A stretch of 64,000 nucleotides of DNA from an uncultured Christensenellaceae bacterium (GCA_910586905.1 CAJUIV010000001.1:129987-193986), one strand, 5' to 3'; positions 29,327 through 39,251 are shown, numbered from the stretch's first letter. Numbers and translations: made by a program. The notes: generated from the letters alone by a model not told the origin.

Positions 29327-31168
29327 ATGCTCAATACATTAGAAACAAGTAAGTGGAGGAAATTCGGAAACGGGTTAAAACGTTTCTTTTCTCAACCTGC
29401 GAATATAATACTTGTTCTTACTGTTGTTGTTTTAGGTTTTTTTACTCTCTATCCTTTAATTTTACTCGTTTTAGATACTTTCAAAGTACAAATTGCCGAT
29501 AAATTATTGCCGGGATTCGCCGATATAAAAGTCGGGTCGTATACGGGTTTGCACTGGACAACGATTCTTTTTTCCAATGAAAGCACAATGTACTTTTGGA
29601 AACCGCTGGGCAACTCGCTGCTAATGTCGTTAATTGCAAGTGTTCTTGCGATTTTGTACGGCGGTATAGTGGCGTTCTTGATTACCCGTACGGATTTAAA
29701 AGGTAAAAAATTCTTGTCCGCCGTTTTTGTATTTCCGTATATAATGCCATCTTGGACTATAGCGTCGTTCTGGCAGAACTTTTGGCAGAATCCGGATATC
29801 GGAACGCGTACTGGCGGAATGTGGTATAATTTAGGCTTAGCAATAGCCAAAAATAATCCGGCGAACGTATCGAGTTTCTTTAAAGTTCCCGAAAGTTTCG
29901 TTTACGGTTTAGTTCCCAGCGCAATAGTTTTGGGTCTGCATTACGCTCCGTTCGCTTATATATTGATAGGCGGTATTCTGCGTAATATGGACGCCAACTT
30001 GGAAGAAGCGGCAACCGTTTTGAAAGCCGGCCGTATGAAAATCATTCGCCGTATAACGCTGCCTATAGTTATGCCAGCGTTGCTTTCCACATTTTTGTTG
30101 GTCTTTTCCAGTTCTATGAGCGCGTACGCGGTACCCAAATTTTTGGGCGGACCTTCCGGTTTTTCCGTGTTGACGACAACTATGAAAGAGTTTTTCGGAA
30201 GAGGCTGGAACGGAAGAGGCTACATAATGGCCGTCTTTATGATTATAATCGGTATGTTTATATTGGGCTTGAACCAGTATTTTACAGGCAGACGTAAATC
30301 GTTTACGACCGTTACGGGAAAGTCCGGACAGATTTCTTATATCAAACTTAAGTATTGGAAATGGATAATCGCCGTACTGTTGGTTATACTAAGCCTTTAT
30401 TGTTCTATTTTACCGTTAATTTCGTTTGCATTGGAATCTATATGCGAAATTCCGGGAGATTATAGGCAATTCACTTTGAAGTATTGGATTTCAAAGGAAA
30501 AAACCAATACGAACGGAGTACGCGGAATATTCTTCGAACCTCAGGTGCGCGAAGCGTTCCTGCACAGTTTCGGGTTGGCTATATGCTGCGCTTTGATTGC
30601 CGGAACAGTAGGTATTCTGGTGGGATACGCAGTATCTAAAAAAAGAGGTACCCGTCTTTCGCGTATTGCTGATAATCTAGCGTTTCTTCCCTATCTTATG
30701 CCCTCTATGGCAATGGGCGCCGCATTTTTGGCAATCGGTATGGCAACGGGCACTTATCCGTCGTTTTTCCTGCTGGTTCTCGTCGGTTCTATAAAATATC
30801 TGCCGTTTGCTTCCCGCAGCGGAATCAACGCGATGCTGCAGTTATCGGGAGAAATTGAAGAAGCGGCTATAATGGTTAACGTTCCGTGGTGGAAACGGAT
30901 GCTGCGCATAATCGTGCCTATACAAAAGTCAACGTTTATTTCGGGCTATTTATTGCCGTTTACCTCTTGTATGAGAGAATTGTCGTTATTCACTTTGCTT
31001 GCGCCTACGACTATGGTATTGATGACGACGCTGCTCGACGATTGGATGCAATGGTGGTCGCAATCTGCAAATGCGCTCAATCTGATTATAATAGTAACGA
31101 TATTGGTTATTAACTTTATAGTAAACAAGATAACGGGCGCGTCTATCGACAAAGGTGTCGGCGGCTAA
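29327..31168 (+). CDS. Fused two-module ABC permease (FbpB/AfuB-like, about 12 TM)
   Basis: Two EAA loops (LEEAATVLKAGRMKIIRRITLP and IEEAAIMVNVPWWKRMLRIIVP) in a single 613-aa polypeptide. Confidence 0.85.
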   Translation: MLNTLETSKWRKFGNGLKRFFSQPANIILVLTVVVLGFFTLYPLILLVLDTFKVQIADKLLPGFADIKVGSYTGLHWTTILFSNESTMYFWKPLGNSLLMSLIASVLAILYGGIVAFLITRTDLKGKKFLSAVFVFPYIMPSWTIASFWQNFWQNPDIGTRTGGMWYNLGLAIAKNNPANVSSFFKVPESFVYGLVPSAIVLGLHYAPFAYILIGGILRNMDANLEEAATVLKAGRMKIIRRITLPIVMPALLSTFLLVFSSSMSAYAVPKFLGGPSGFSVLTTTMKEFFGRGWNGRGYIMAVFMIIIGMFILGLNQYFTGRRKSFTTVTGKSGQISYIKLKYWKWIIAVLLVILSLYCSILPLISFALESICEIPGDYRQFTLKYWISKEKTNTNGVRGIFFEPQVREAFLHSFGLAICCALIAGTVGILVGYAVSKKRGTRLSRIADNLAFLPYLMPSMAMGAAFLAIGMATGTYPSFFLLVLVGSIKYLPFASRSGINAMLQLSGEIEEAAIMVNVPWWKRMLRIIVPIQKSTFISGYLLPFTSCMRELSLFTLLAPTTMVLMTTLLDDWMQWWSQSANALNLIIIVTILVINFIVNKITGASIDKGVGG

Positions 31169-31209
31169 GAACAAGACTGTTTTAAACTGACAATTAGGAG
31201 AAAAATAAA

Positions 31210-32784
31210 ATGCCAAAAATAACTTTAGAACACGTAACAAAAAGATTTGATAAGTTCGTAGCGGTAGAAGACTTAAATATGGTTATAGAAGACCGCGATT
31301 TCGTAACTCTATTGGGACCTTCGGGCTGTGGAAAAACGACTACTCTTCGTATGATAGCCGGATTGGAAACGCCTACGGAAGGGCGAATTACAATCGGCGA
31401 TACAGTTGTTTTCGATAGTGAAAAAGGTATCAACATAACGCCCGGAAAGCGCGATATCGGTTTCTTATTCCAAAACTACGCTTTGTGGCCGCATATGACG
31501 GTTTATCAGAATATCCATTTCGGTTTGGAAAACTTGAAAGAAGAAAAACCGAAAATCGCTTTGGAAGCAAGAGCCGCGCAGCAGATAATAGATATCCTGA
31601 GCGACTATCAGCGCGTTGTGGATATTATAAAAGATAACGCCGACGAGGAAGCGGGCAAAACTAAGAAGTCGGAAGTTGATAAAACCGAATTGGCTTTGAT
31701 AGACACTTACAAAATTTCGCAATATTCCGCACAGAAAATAATCGGATATAATCTGGATAAATCGGAAAATCCTCAAGAAATTATTACGAAGACTGTCGAG
31801 GAATTACAGCAAAAAATTACCGCCGCTCACGAATCCGCGGCAAAAGAAAATTGTTCGTTGAACGAAAAATTCGAATACGTTAAAGACGGCGAAATTGTAA
31901 CGAGCGTACGCAGACTTTCCAAGGAAGAAATGGATTTGGAGGTTCGCAGAGTTTCGCGAATACTTAAAATCGGTATTTTTATGAAGCGTTATCCCGCGGA
32001 GCTTTCCGGCGGTCAGCAACAGCGTGTAGCGATAGCTCGTACGCTTGCAACAAGTCCGAAAGTTTTATTTATGGACGAACCGCTTTCTAATTTGGACGCT
32101 AAGTTGCGTTTGGAAATGCGTACGGAACTCAAACGTTTACATGCGGAAACGGATTCCACGTTTGTGTACGTTACTCACGACCAGTTGGAAGCTATGACGC
32201 TTGCCACGAAAGTGTGTTTGATGAGTATGGGTCATCTTCAGCAGTACGACCCGCCGCTTGTTACTTACAACAATCCGAACAATTTGTTCGTTGCCGATTT
32301 TGTCGGTAACCCCACAATGAACTTTATTCACGGAAAAGCGAAAATCAACGGCAACAAAGCGGAATTGGAAGCGCTTGGCGATAAATTTGTGTTCGATAGC
32401 GATGAAATTACAGCCGAAGGCGAATTGGAAGTAGTTGTAGGCGTTCGTCCCGAATTCCTGCGTTTAGAGCAAGGCGCGCTTGTCGGGAGAGTATACGCAA
32501 CGCTGCCTGCCGGTATGGAAACTACCGTTAAACTTGCGGTTAACGACGAAGTTCTTACGGCGGTTGTATTCGGAGGAGTCGACTATCCGATAAATCACGA
32601 TATCAATTACGAAATAATCGGCAAAGGCATAATTCTGTTCGATAAAGAAAGCCAAAATAAAATAGGTATCGGAAGTTTGACGCTTGCTAATTCCAAAAAA
32701 GCCGCGCCTGCAAAGGCAACGGAAGAAAAAGCGGAAAAGAAAGCCGCGCCTAAAAAAACGACGGCAAAAAAATCCGCAAAGTAA
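31210..32784 (+). CDS. ABC importer ATPase (MalK/FbpC-like) with an internal insertion of about 120 aa and a Lys/Ala-rich tail
   Basis: Walker A GPSGCGKTT, Q-loop FQNYALWPH, LSGGQQQRVAIAR, Walker B LFMDEPLSNLD, H-loop VTHD, C-terminal TOBE-like region. Confidence 0.9.
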   Translation: MPKITLEHVTKRFDKFVAVEDLNMVIEDRDFVTLLGPSGCGKTTTLRMIAGLETPTEGRITIGDTVVFDSEKGINITPGKRDIGFLFQNYALWPHMTVYQNIHFGLENLKEEKPKIALEARAAQQIIDILSDYQRVVDIIKDNADEEAGKTKKSEVDKTELALIDTYKISQYSAQKIIGYNLDKSENPQEIITKTVEELQQKITAAHESAAKENCSLNEKFEYVKDGEIVTSVRRLSKEEMDLEVRRVSRILKIGIFMKRYPAELSGGQQQRVAIARTLATSPKVLFMDEPLSNLDAKLRLEMRTELKRLHAETDSTFVYVTHDQLEAMTLATKVCLMSMGHLQQYDPPLVTYNNPNNLFVADFVGNPTMNFIHGKAKINGNKAELEALGDKFVFDSDEITAEGELEVVVGVRPEFLRLEQGALVGRVYATLPAGMETTVKLAVNDEVLTAVVFGGVDYPINHDINYEIIGKGIILFDKESQNKIGIGSLTLANSKKAAPAKATEEKAEKKAAPKKTTAKKSAK

Positions 32785-32807
32785 TATTATAAACGGAAAT
32801 TCGTATT

Positions 32808-32838
32808 AAAAAGAGTTCGGTAATACTGAACTCTTTTT
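32808..32838 (+). terminator. Intrinsic terminator after the ABC ATPase gene
   Basis: AAAAAGAGTTC / GAACTCTTTTT hairpin with a U-run. Confidence 0.7.
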
Positions 32839-33074
32839 ACTTTTGTGTGTTTACTTTACGGCGATATTATGTTATACTTATTTCATCGGTATTGCGAAGG
32901 TAAAACTGTTATTAGCTTGACGCGTCGTGTCGTTTTTCGGTAAAAAGCCGTAAAACGGAAAAGCGTCCGGCATACCAAGCCGCGCAATACGTCGATTATA
33001 AAAAATACTTTGCGGCGTAAACTTGTGCAAAAGCCGGTTTATACGTTGCAAATTTAAATGTTCAAGGAGAAATT

Positions 33075-34811
33075 ATGTCTTTACGGCAGCTTACAACGGT
33101 GTGGGGCGAAAAAATTACGGACAAGCCCCTTCAGGAATATCCACGTCCGCAATTCGTCCGCAAAAGCTATGTGAATTTAAACGGATACTGGGATTACGCA
33201 ATAACTAAAAGCGACGCTATTCCGACAGTTTTCGACGGTAAAATACTGGTGCCGTTTTCCCCCGAATGCGCGTTGTCGGGAGTTAACAGACAGCTTAAAC
33301 CCAAGGAATATTTATATTACCGCACGACGTTTACTTTGACTAAAAGTTTTGTAAAGGACGTAGTATTGCTCAATTTCGGAGCGGTAGACCAGATTTGCGA
33401 CGTGTACGTTAACGGACAAAAAGTTTGTCATCACGAGGGCGGCTACAACGCGTTTTCCGCGGATATAACTGCGGCATTGAAGGAACGTGATAACGAACTG
33501 CTATTGCGGGTGCGCGATTTTACAGATACAAAGCACTACGCAAACGGCAAGCAGTCCTCTAACCGCAAGGGTATGTGGTATACGCCTCAAAGCGGAATTT
33601 GGCAAACGGTATGGCTCGAGAGCGTTCCGTCTCAGCATATTCAATCTTTGCGTATCACTCCCGATATAGACAATGCCTGCGTATCCGTCGATATCATATC
33701 GAATTTTGACGAACCAGTAACCGTCGTCGTTACCGACGGCGAAAAGGAAATAGTCAAAGCCGACGGTAAAAGTTCGGTTAAGTTGTATTTTCCCGACGGC
33801 GATTTCCGTTTATGGTCGCCGGAAGACCCTTACCTGTACGGATTAAAAATTATATCGCGCAGAGATTACGTCGAAAGTTATTTCGGTATGCGTAAATTTT
33901 CCTGCGAAAAAGTCGGTAAGTACCGCCGTCTGACGCTTAACAACAAACCGTATTTTCATAACGGGCTTTTGGATCAGGGGTATTATCCCGACGGATTGTA
34001 CACTGCCCCGGACGACGAAGCTATGATATTCGACATACTAAAAGCTAAGGAATTAGGTTTTAATATGCTGCGTAAGCATATCAAAGTGGAACCGATGCGT
34101 TGGTATTATCATTGCGACAGGCTCGGTATGCTCGTATGGCAGGATATGCCCAGCGGAGGTACAAAACAACACAAATCGGTAACGCTCGTTTTCCCGAATA
34201 TAGGTATAAACAAGCTTAAAGATAATCGCTATGGACTGTTTTCGCGTAAAAGTGAAAACAGCCGCGAAACGTTTATTGCGGAATATACCGAAATGTTGGA
34301 ATTGCTTTATAATTGTACGTCTATTGCAGTGTGGGTGCCTTTTAACGAAGCTTGGGGGCAATTCGACGCAAACCGAATCGCTCGGCTTACAAAGGATATC
34401 GACGCTACTCGCGTTGTCGACCACGCCAGCGGTTGGCACGACCAAGGCGGCGGGGATATAAACAGTATGCACGTATATTTTAAAAAAGTACGCCTAAACA
34501 AAGACTGTAACCGCGTCGTTTGTCTGACGGAATTCGGCGGATATAGTTTCAAGGATACGGAACACAGTTTTAATCCCGACCATACTTACAGTTATAAAAA
34601 ATTCGATACCGCACAAGCTTTTAACGACGGCGTTCGCGAATTGTACGGACGCGACGTAATCGCTCAAATAGACAAGGGACTTTCCGCCGCCGTTTACACT
34701 CAGTTAACCGATGTGGAGGACGAAGTAAACGGTTTGTATACTTACGACCGTAAGGTACAAAAGATTGACGCGGATATGATGCGCGAAATAAATAAAAAAA
34801 TCAAGCTGTAG
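33075..34811 (+). CDS. Glycoside hydrolase family 2 enzyme
   Basis: N-terminal EYPRPQFVRKSYVNLNGYWDY, acid/base region VPFNEAWGQ, nucleophile region CLTEFGGY. Confidence 0.8.
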   Translation: MSLRQLTTVWGEKITDKPLQEYPRPQFVRKSYVNLNGYWDYAITKSDAIPTVFDGKILVPFSPECALSGVNRQLKPKEYLYYRTTFTLTKSFVKDVVLLNFGAVDQICDVYVNGQKVCHHEGGYNAFSADITAALKERDNELLLRVRDFTDTKHYANGKQSSNRKGMWYTPQSGIWQTVWLESVPSQHIQSLRITPDIDNACVSVDIISNFDEPVTVVVTDGEKEIVKADGKSSVKLYFPDGDFRLWSPEDPYLYGLKIISRRDYVESYFGMRKFSCEKVGKYRRLTLNNKPYFHNGLLDQGYYPDGLYTAPDDEAMIFDILKAKELGFNMLRKHIKVEPMRWYYHCDRLGMLVWQDMPSGGTKQHKSVTLVFPNIGINKLKDNRYGLFSRKSENSRETFIAEYTEMLELLYNCTSIAVWVPFNEAWGQFDANRIARLTKDIDATRVVDHASGWHDQGGGDINSMHVYFKKVRLNKDCNRVVCLTEFGGYSFKDTEHSFNPDHTYSYKKFDTAQAFNDGVRELYGRDVIAQIDKGLSAAVYTQLTDVEDEVNGLYTYDRKVQKIDADMMREINKKIKL

Positions 34812-34831
34812 TAAACTTTAGGGGTAGCTTT

Positions 34832-35278
34832 ATGCACGAAGAATTTATGCTCTGCGCGTTGGAACAAGCAAAGTTGTCCGCCGAAACAGACGAAGTTCCT
34901 ATCGGAGCGGTCATCGTTAAAAACGGACAGATTATTGCAAAGGCGCACAATACGCGTAATCAGTCTAAAAACGCGGTAGAACACGCCGAACTTACGGCTA
35001 TAAGTAACGCGTGTAAAAAACTTTCCGATTGGCGGCTTACGGGTTGCGATTTGTACGTTACTTTAGAACCGTGCGTTATGTGTCTGGGCGCGTGTTTCAA
35101 CGCCCGAATACGTAACGTTTATTTCGGAGCGTACGATTTAAGCGGTAGCGGTTGTTTGCCTCTTGCCGAAAGTATAGGGCGCACTTTAAATCACGAATTG
35201 CAAATTTGCGGCGGAATACTGGAAAAAGATTGTTCCGAAATGCTTACTAAATATTTTAAGTCTAAACGAGACAAATAA
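34832..35278 (+). CDS. tadA: tRNA-specific adenosine deaminase
   Basis: HAELTAI and PCVMCLGA zinc-binding motifs, 148 aa. Confidence 0.9.
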   Translation: MHEEFMLCALEQAKLSAETDEVPIGAVIVKNGQIIAKAHNTRNQSKNAVEHAELTAISNACKKLSDWRLTGCDLYVTLEPCVMCLGACFNARIRNVYFGAYDLSGSGCLPLAESIGRTLNHELQICGGILEKDCSEMLTKYFKSKRDK

Positions 35279-35491
35279 AACTATGTTGACAACGTAACTT
35301 CGGTAAAACGGCGAGCGGATATACGCTATGCCGTTTTTTTTGTTAAATTCGAAACGGATATACGATTTCTAAAAATGTACGTTTTTAAAAATATTTTTTA
35401 GTAACAAACAGCGTTGATATTTTGATACGGGAGGGGGCGTATTAAGTGCGCTAGAGGTTATGCCCTAATAAATTAAAAAGGAGAAATAATA

Positions 35492-35627
35492 ATGAAAAAA
35501 TAAAACGCTATTAGCATTTGTAGCCGTTTTAGTACTTGTGCTTACAAGTGTGTTTGCTCTTGCCGCGTGTACTGGGAAGCACGATGGCGTTATATATGGA
35601 AACTATGTGTTAACCGCGCGGAAGTGA
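35492..35627 (+). pseudogene. Frameshifted, truncated small lipoprotein gene
   Basis: GGAG SD, then ATG AAA AAA TAA. The +1 frame continues KTLLAFVAVLVLVLTSVFALAAC (signal peptide plus lipobox). Loss of one A from the A6 run gives a 44-aa ORF. Confidence 0.4.
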
Positions 35628-35938
35628 ACACGGCAAGTCTCGCGTCTAGAGCGTGTCAGCTTTGTTTTGCGAGCGGTACTTTTGTACGTCTGGCTTCGCA
35701 ATGATGTCTCTCACTCTAAATAACCCCGCTTAATTATGCGGTAGTTTGTCGGTTTACGAACATTTGAAAATATAATCGGCGCGCGATTGACTTTGTCCGG
35801 ATTAAAGATAAACCCCTCGAAGCTTTTTTTTGAGGGGTTTACGCTTAAACGCGAATCAATTTTATATTGATTCTCGTTATACGTAGTGTTTTCGGCAAAC
35901 GATTTATAACAATACGCTGTGATTACGCTTATCGTAGG

Positions 35939-36607
35939 TTATTCGTTTCCTTTTTCGCCGTCATCTTGTTTGTCCGTCAGACATTGTAAGTCCACGTCGT
36001 TGTTTAAAGGTTCTTCGTAAATTTCGTCGGTTATTTCCCTCTGTTCGCCAAGCTGTTGAGCCTTGTTTTCGGCTTCCGGCAGACTCGGTTCGTAACGCGT
36101 GTTCAACCTGTGTACTTCGAAGTTTATCGCGTTAAACGAAATTCCCAACGTATTTTTAAAACCGTCTGCGAGCAGACATCTAAACGTATCTATGGTTTGA
36201 GCTACGTTATCGGCGTTAACGTTAATCTTTAAAGTTAAAGCGAAGCCTTTTTTATCATCCGCTCGTATTTTGATTTTTTTGACGGTAAGACCTTGGGCTT
36301 GTCGGGCGCATTCGTTGATAATATTACGTACGACTTTCGTATTGGCTGTGGTAGCGCTTTCACTGTCGCAAAAAAGCAAAACGCGTTTTAAATTTTCTTT
36401 TTCCGAAAAGTTAACGTACAGTATATACGCCGATAGCGCCAGATAAATGACGAACAGCACAAACATAAGCGAAGCCAAAGCGCCGTTATATTCTATCGTT
36501 TCTTCTTGAGGATAAACTCTCGTTAAATTTAACGTGGTCGTTATTGCAAAAACCATTGTAATGCAAATCTGCGCAACGACGGCGATTTTTTCAGCTATTT
36601 TTCTCAT
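35939..36607 (-). CDS. Membrane protein with Asp23-like region (AmaP-like, tentative)
   Basis: Two N-terminal TM helices followed by a region resembling Asp23/Gls24-family folds, then an acidic tail. The assignment is weak. Confidence 0.4.
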   Translation of the reverse strand: MRKIAEKIAVVAQICITMVFAITTTLNLTRVYPQEETIEYNGALASLMFVLFVIYLALSAYILYVNFSEKENLKRVLLFCDSESATTANTKVVRNIINECARQAQGLTVKKIKIRADDKKGFALTLKINVNADNVAQTIDTFRCLLADGFKNTLGISFNAINFEVHRLNTRYEPSLPEAENKAQQLGEQREITDEIYEEPLNNDVDLQCLTDKQDDGEKGNE

Positions 36608-36972
36608 AAAGCACCTCGTTTATAGTATTTACATAATGTCCGTACGAAATACCGCGTTAGATGTTATAATTAAGTGAACAGCCGTTTTAAATAAAATTTA
36701 TCTTGATTTAATTGCCTCGTATCACGTTTATGCGAAATCTTTTGTGATAACTGCATTCGCGTATGATATAATTAAGTTAGCAAATAGTTTGGCTGGCTTT
36801 AATTGCATCGCAAAAGTCTATACAATTAAGCGAACGATGGATAAAAAAAACATTTTTAAACGGACTGTTTAAGAGAGTTTGTTATTTGAAACCGAATGCG
36901 CAGTTAATATAACGCGTATGTTTTGTTGCTTCAAATCAATGAAAAAAATATATCTGAATTCAAATAGAAACA

Positions 36973-39207
36973 TTGACAAATATAGAGCAAAATATTAAAA
37001 TTCTTTTATCGAAAACGGAGATTTCACCTATGGACAAATACAAAGCTAAGGGAAATTTGATAGAGTACGTTTTAAATTATTTAAACGTCGTAGACGAGAA
37101 ATGCTATAATTTCGAGCAGAATGCCGATTCCGAAACCGCGCTTGAAGTAATGAGTTTTATGGATGAAATCCCGGGCGGATTTTTGATTTACCGCGCGGAC
37201 GGAAAAGAAGAAATAATTTACGCGAATACGGCGCTTATAAATATTTTTAAATGTGATTCGCTGCAGGAATTCCGCGAACTAACCGATAATTCTTTCAAGG
37301 GTTTGGTGTACTATCAGGATTTGGACGTTGTAGAGGAAAGCATCTCCAATCAAATCGAGAGCAACGCAGATAATTTGGATTTTGTTGAATACCGAATAAA
37401 GCGTAAGGACGGAGCGATTCGCTGGGTAGAAGATTACGGACATTTTATAAGCAGTAAGTCCGTAGGCAATATTTTTTACGTATTTATATCCGACGTTACG
37501 GAGGAAAAGGAACGCCGTCTTGCCGAAACGGCGGCTATCGTAAACGAAAAAGAACTTAAAATAAAAAATCTGACGGAAGAATTTGACAAAGAATTAAAAC
37601 TGATAAATCAGGAACATTTACGCAGACTCGAAGTGATAGAAGGACTGAGCGTTAACTACGACAGCATTTTGTATGTCGATTTATCTGCGGATAAACTGCT
37701 GCCTTATAGAGCAAGCTCGCGCATGAAAGACGAATTCGAGGAAATGTATATGCCTCGTGATTACTGTCGGTACATCAAACGTTATATAAACGCTTGGGTT
37801 ATTCCCGAAGACCGAGAATTGGTAGAAAAATCAACGTCTATCGACGGTATAATCGAAGGTTTGACGGAAAATAAAACGTTTTTTATAAACTATCGCATAA
37901 AGGAAAACAATGCGATTTGTCATATGCAAATACGCGTTGTTAACGTAGGTTCGAGAGAAAAAATATCGCAAGTAGTTATCGGCGCGCGCAATATAGAAGA
38001 CGATATCAAACGCGATATCAAACATATGCAGGTTTTGGAAGAAGCTCTTAGCGCGTCAAAACTCGCAAACGTTGCCAAAAATACTTTTTTGTCCAATATG
38101 TCGCACGACATGCGCACCCCGCTCAACGCTATTTTCGGTTATACGGCGCTCGCTAAAAATTGTGTAGACGAACCGACGAAAGTTTATTTGGATAAAATAG
38201 ACGATTCGGCAAATCAACTGCTGGAACTTATAGACAAGGTTTTGCAGATTTCTCAAATCGAATCAAGCGATTCCGTGCTTAACGAATCGGAGTGCAACGT
38301 GTGCGAGATTTTGAACAAGGTCAATAAGGAAGTTTTGCGCGCCGCGTCCGAAAAAAATATACGAGTTACAACGGACTTTTGCGAGGTTAAGCATAAAAAC
38401 GTCGTATGCGATTGCGAAAAATTGGAGCAAACTTTGCTGCATATTTTAAGTAACGCGGTAAAATATTCGCACGTCGACGGAACGGTTAAAATTTCCGTAT
38501 GTGAAACGCAGGAATTGCCGAACGGGTATTCCGTTTACCGTTTCGATGTTGAAGACAACGGCATAGGTATAGACAGCGATGCTTTGACTCGCATTTTCGA
38601 GCCGTTTGAACGCGTTAAAAACACGACTTTCAGTCGAGTATACGGTACCGGTTTGGGACTTACCATATCTAAAAAGTACGTTGACGCGATGGGCGGAAAT
38701 ATAACCGTTAAAAGCGAATTGGGTAAAGGCAGCATTTTTAGCGTAACTCTCAATTTGCTAACGCAGCGCGACGAACAAACCATGGTCGCGACAGCCGAAG
38801 ATTTGATACGCGCTTTATACGGAAAAAAGATTTTGATAGTGGACGACAACGAAATCAATTTGGAAATAGAAACCGAAATCCTTTCCGATTTGGGATTCGA
38901 TATCGACACGGCTACGGACGGCGATAAAGCGGTGGAGATTATGAAGTCCGAATCTGCCCGAGATTACGCGCTTGTAATAATGGATATTCAAATGCCGGTT
39001 ATGGACGGACGAACCGCAACCAAACATATCAGAAGCCTGCCGGACGCCGACGTTGCGGGCGTTCCTATAATCGCTTTGTCTGCAAACGCTTTCGAAAGCG
39101 ACAAAAAACTGTCTTTGGAATGCGGTATGGACGCGCATTTAACTAAACCCTTGGACGTACCTTTGCTGCTTAAAACCGTCGCGACGATTTTTAGTTCGCG
39201 CAGTTAA
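36973..39207 (+). CDS. Cytoplasmic hybrid sensor histidine kinase (PAS - HisKA - HATPase - REC)
   Basis: H-box SHDMRTPLNAI, N-box LSNAVKY, G-boxes DNGIGI and GTGLGL, receiver DD...MDIQMP...TKP. No TM segment. TTG start uncertain. Confidence 0.85.
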   Translation: MTNIEQNIKILLSKTEISPMDKYKAKGNLIEYVLNYLNVVDEKCYNFEQNADSETALEVMSFMDEIPGGFLIYRADGKEEIIYANTALINIFKCDSLQEFRELTDNSFKGLVYYQDLDVVEESISNQIESNADNLDFVEYRIKRKDGAIRWVEDYGHFISSKSVGNIFYVFISDVTEEKERRLAETAAIVNEKELKIKNLTEEFDKELKLINQEHLRRLEVIEGLSVNYDSILYVDLSADKLLPYRASSRMKDEFEEMYMPRDYCRYIKRYINAWVIPEDRELVEKSTSIDGIIEGLTENKTFFINYRIKENNAICHMQIRVVNVGSREKISQVVIGARNIEDDIKRDIKHMQVLEEALSASKLANVAKNTFLSNMSHDMRTPLNAIFGYTALAKNCVDEPTKVYLDKIDDSANQLLELIDKVLQISQIESSDSVLNESECNVCEILNKVNKEVLRAASEKNIRVTTDFCEVKHKNVVCDCEKLEQTLLHILSNAVKYSHVDGTVKISVCETQELPNGYSVYRFDVEDNGIGIDSDALTRIFEPFERVKNTTFSRVYGTGLGLTISKKYVDAMGGNITVKSELGKGSIFSVTLNLLTQRDEQTMVATAEDLIRALYGKKILIVDDNEINLEIETEILSDLGFDIDTATDGDKAVEIMKSESARDYALVIMDIQMPVMDGRTATKHIRSLPDADVAGVPIIALSANAFESDKKLSLECGMDAHLTKPLDVPLLLKTVATIFSSRS

Positions 39208-39224
39208 ATCGAAAGCGATATATA

Positions 39225-39251
39225 AGTTCGGCTTTGCAGTCGGACTTTTTT
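39225..39251 (+). terminator. Intrinsic terminator after the kinase gene
   Basis: AGTTCGGC / GTCGGACT stem (two G-U pairs) followed by T6. Confidence 0.6.

Noticed and set aside
35440-35495. preQ1-I-like riboswitch, suggested by AGAGGUU followed by an A-rich tail before the SD.
   Set aside because: The required P1 3' strand (CCUCU) is absent (the sequence is CCCUAA), so the pseudoknot cannot form as in the consensus. The downstream gene is a decayed lipoprotein, not a queuosine gene.
35281-35938. SRP RNA (scr) expected downstream of tadA, as in the B. subtilis tadA-scr-dnaX arrangement.
   Set aside because: I looked for the domain IV signature (GGAA tetraloop flanked by the AGCA / CAGG-type loops, as in GUCAGGUCCGGAAGGAAGCAGC). 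The only GGAA hairpin, near 35617, has the wrong loop geometry and lies inside the lipoprotein remnant.
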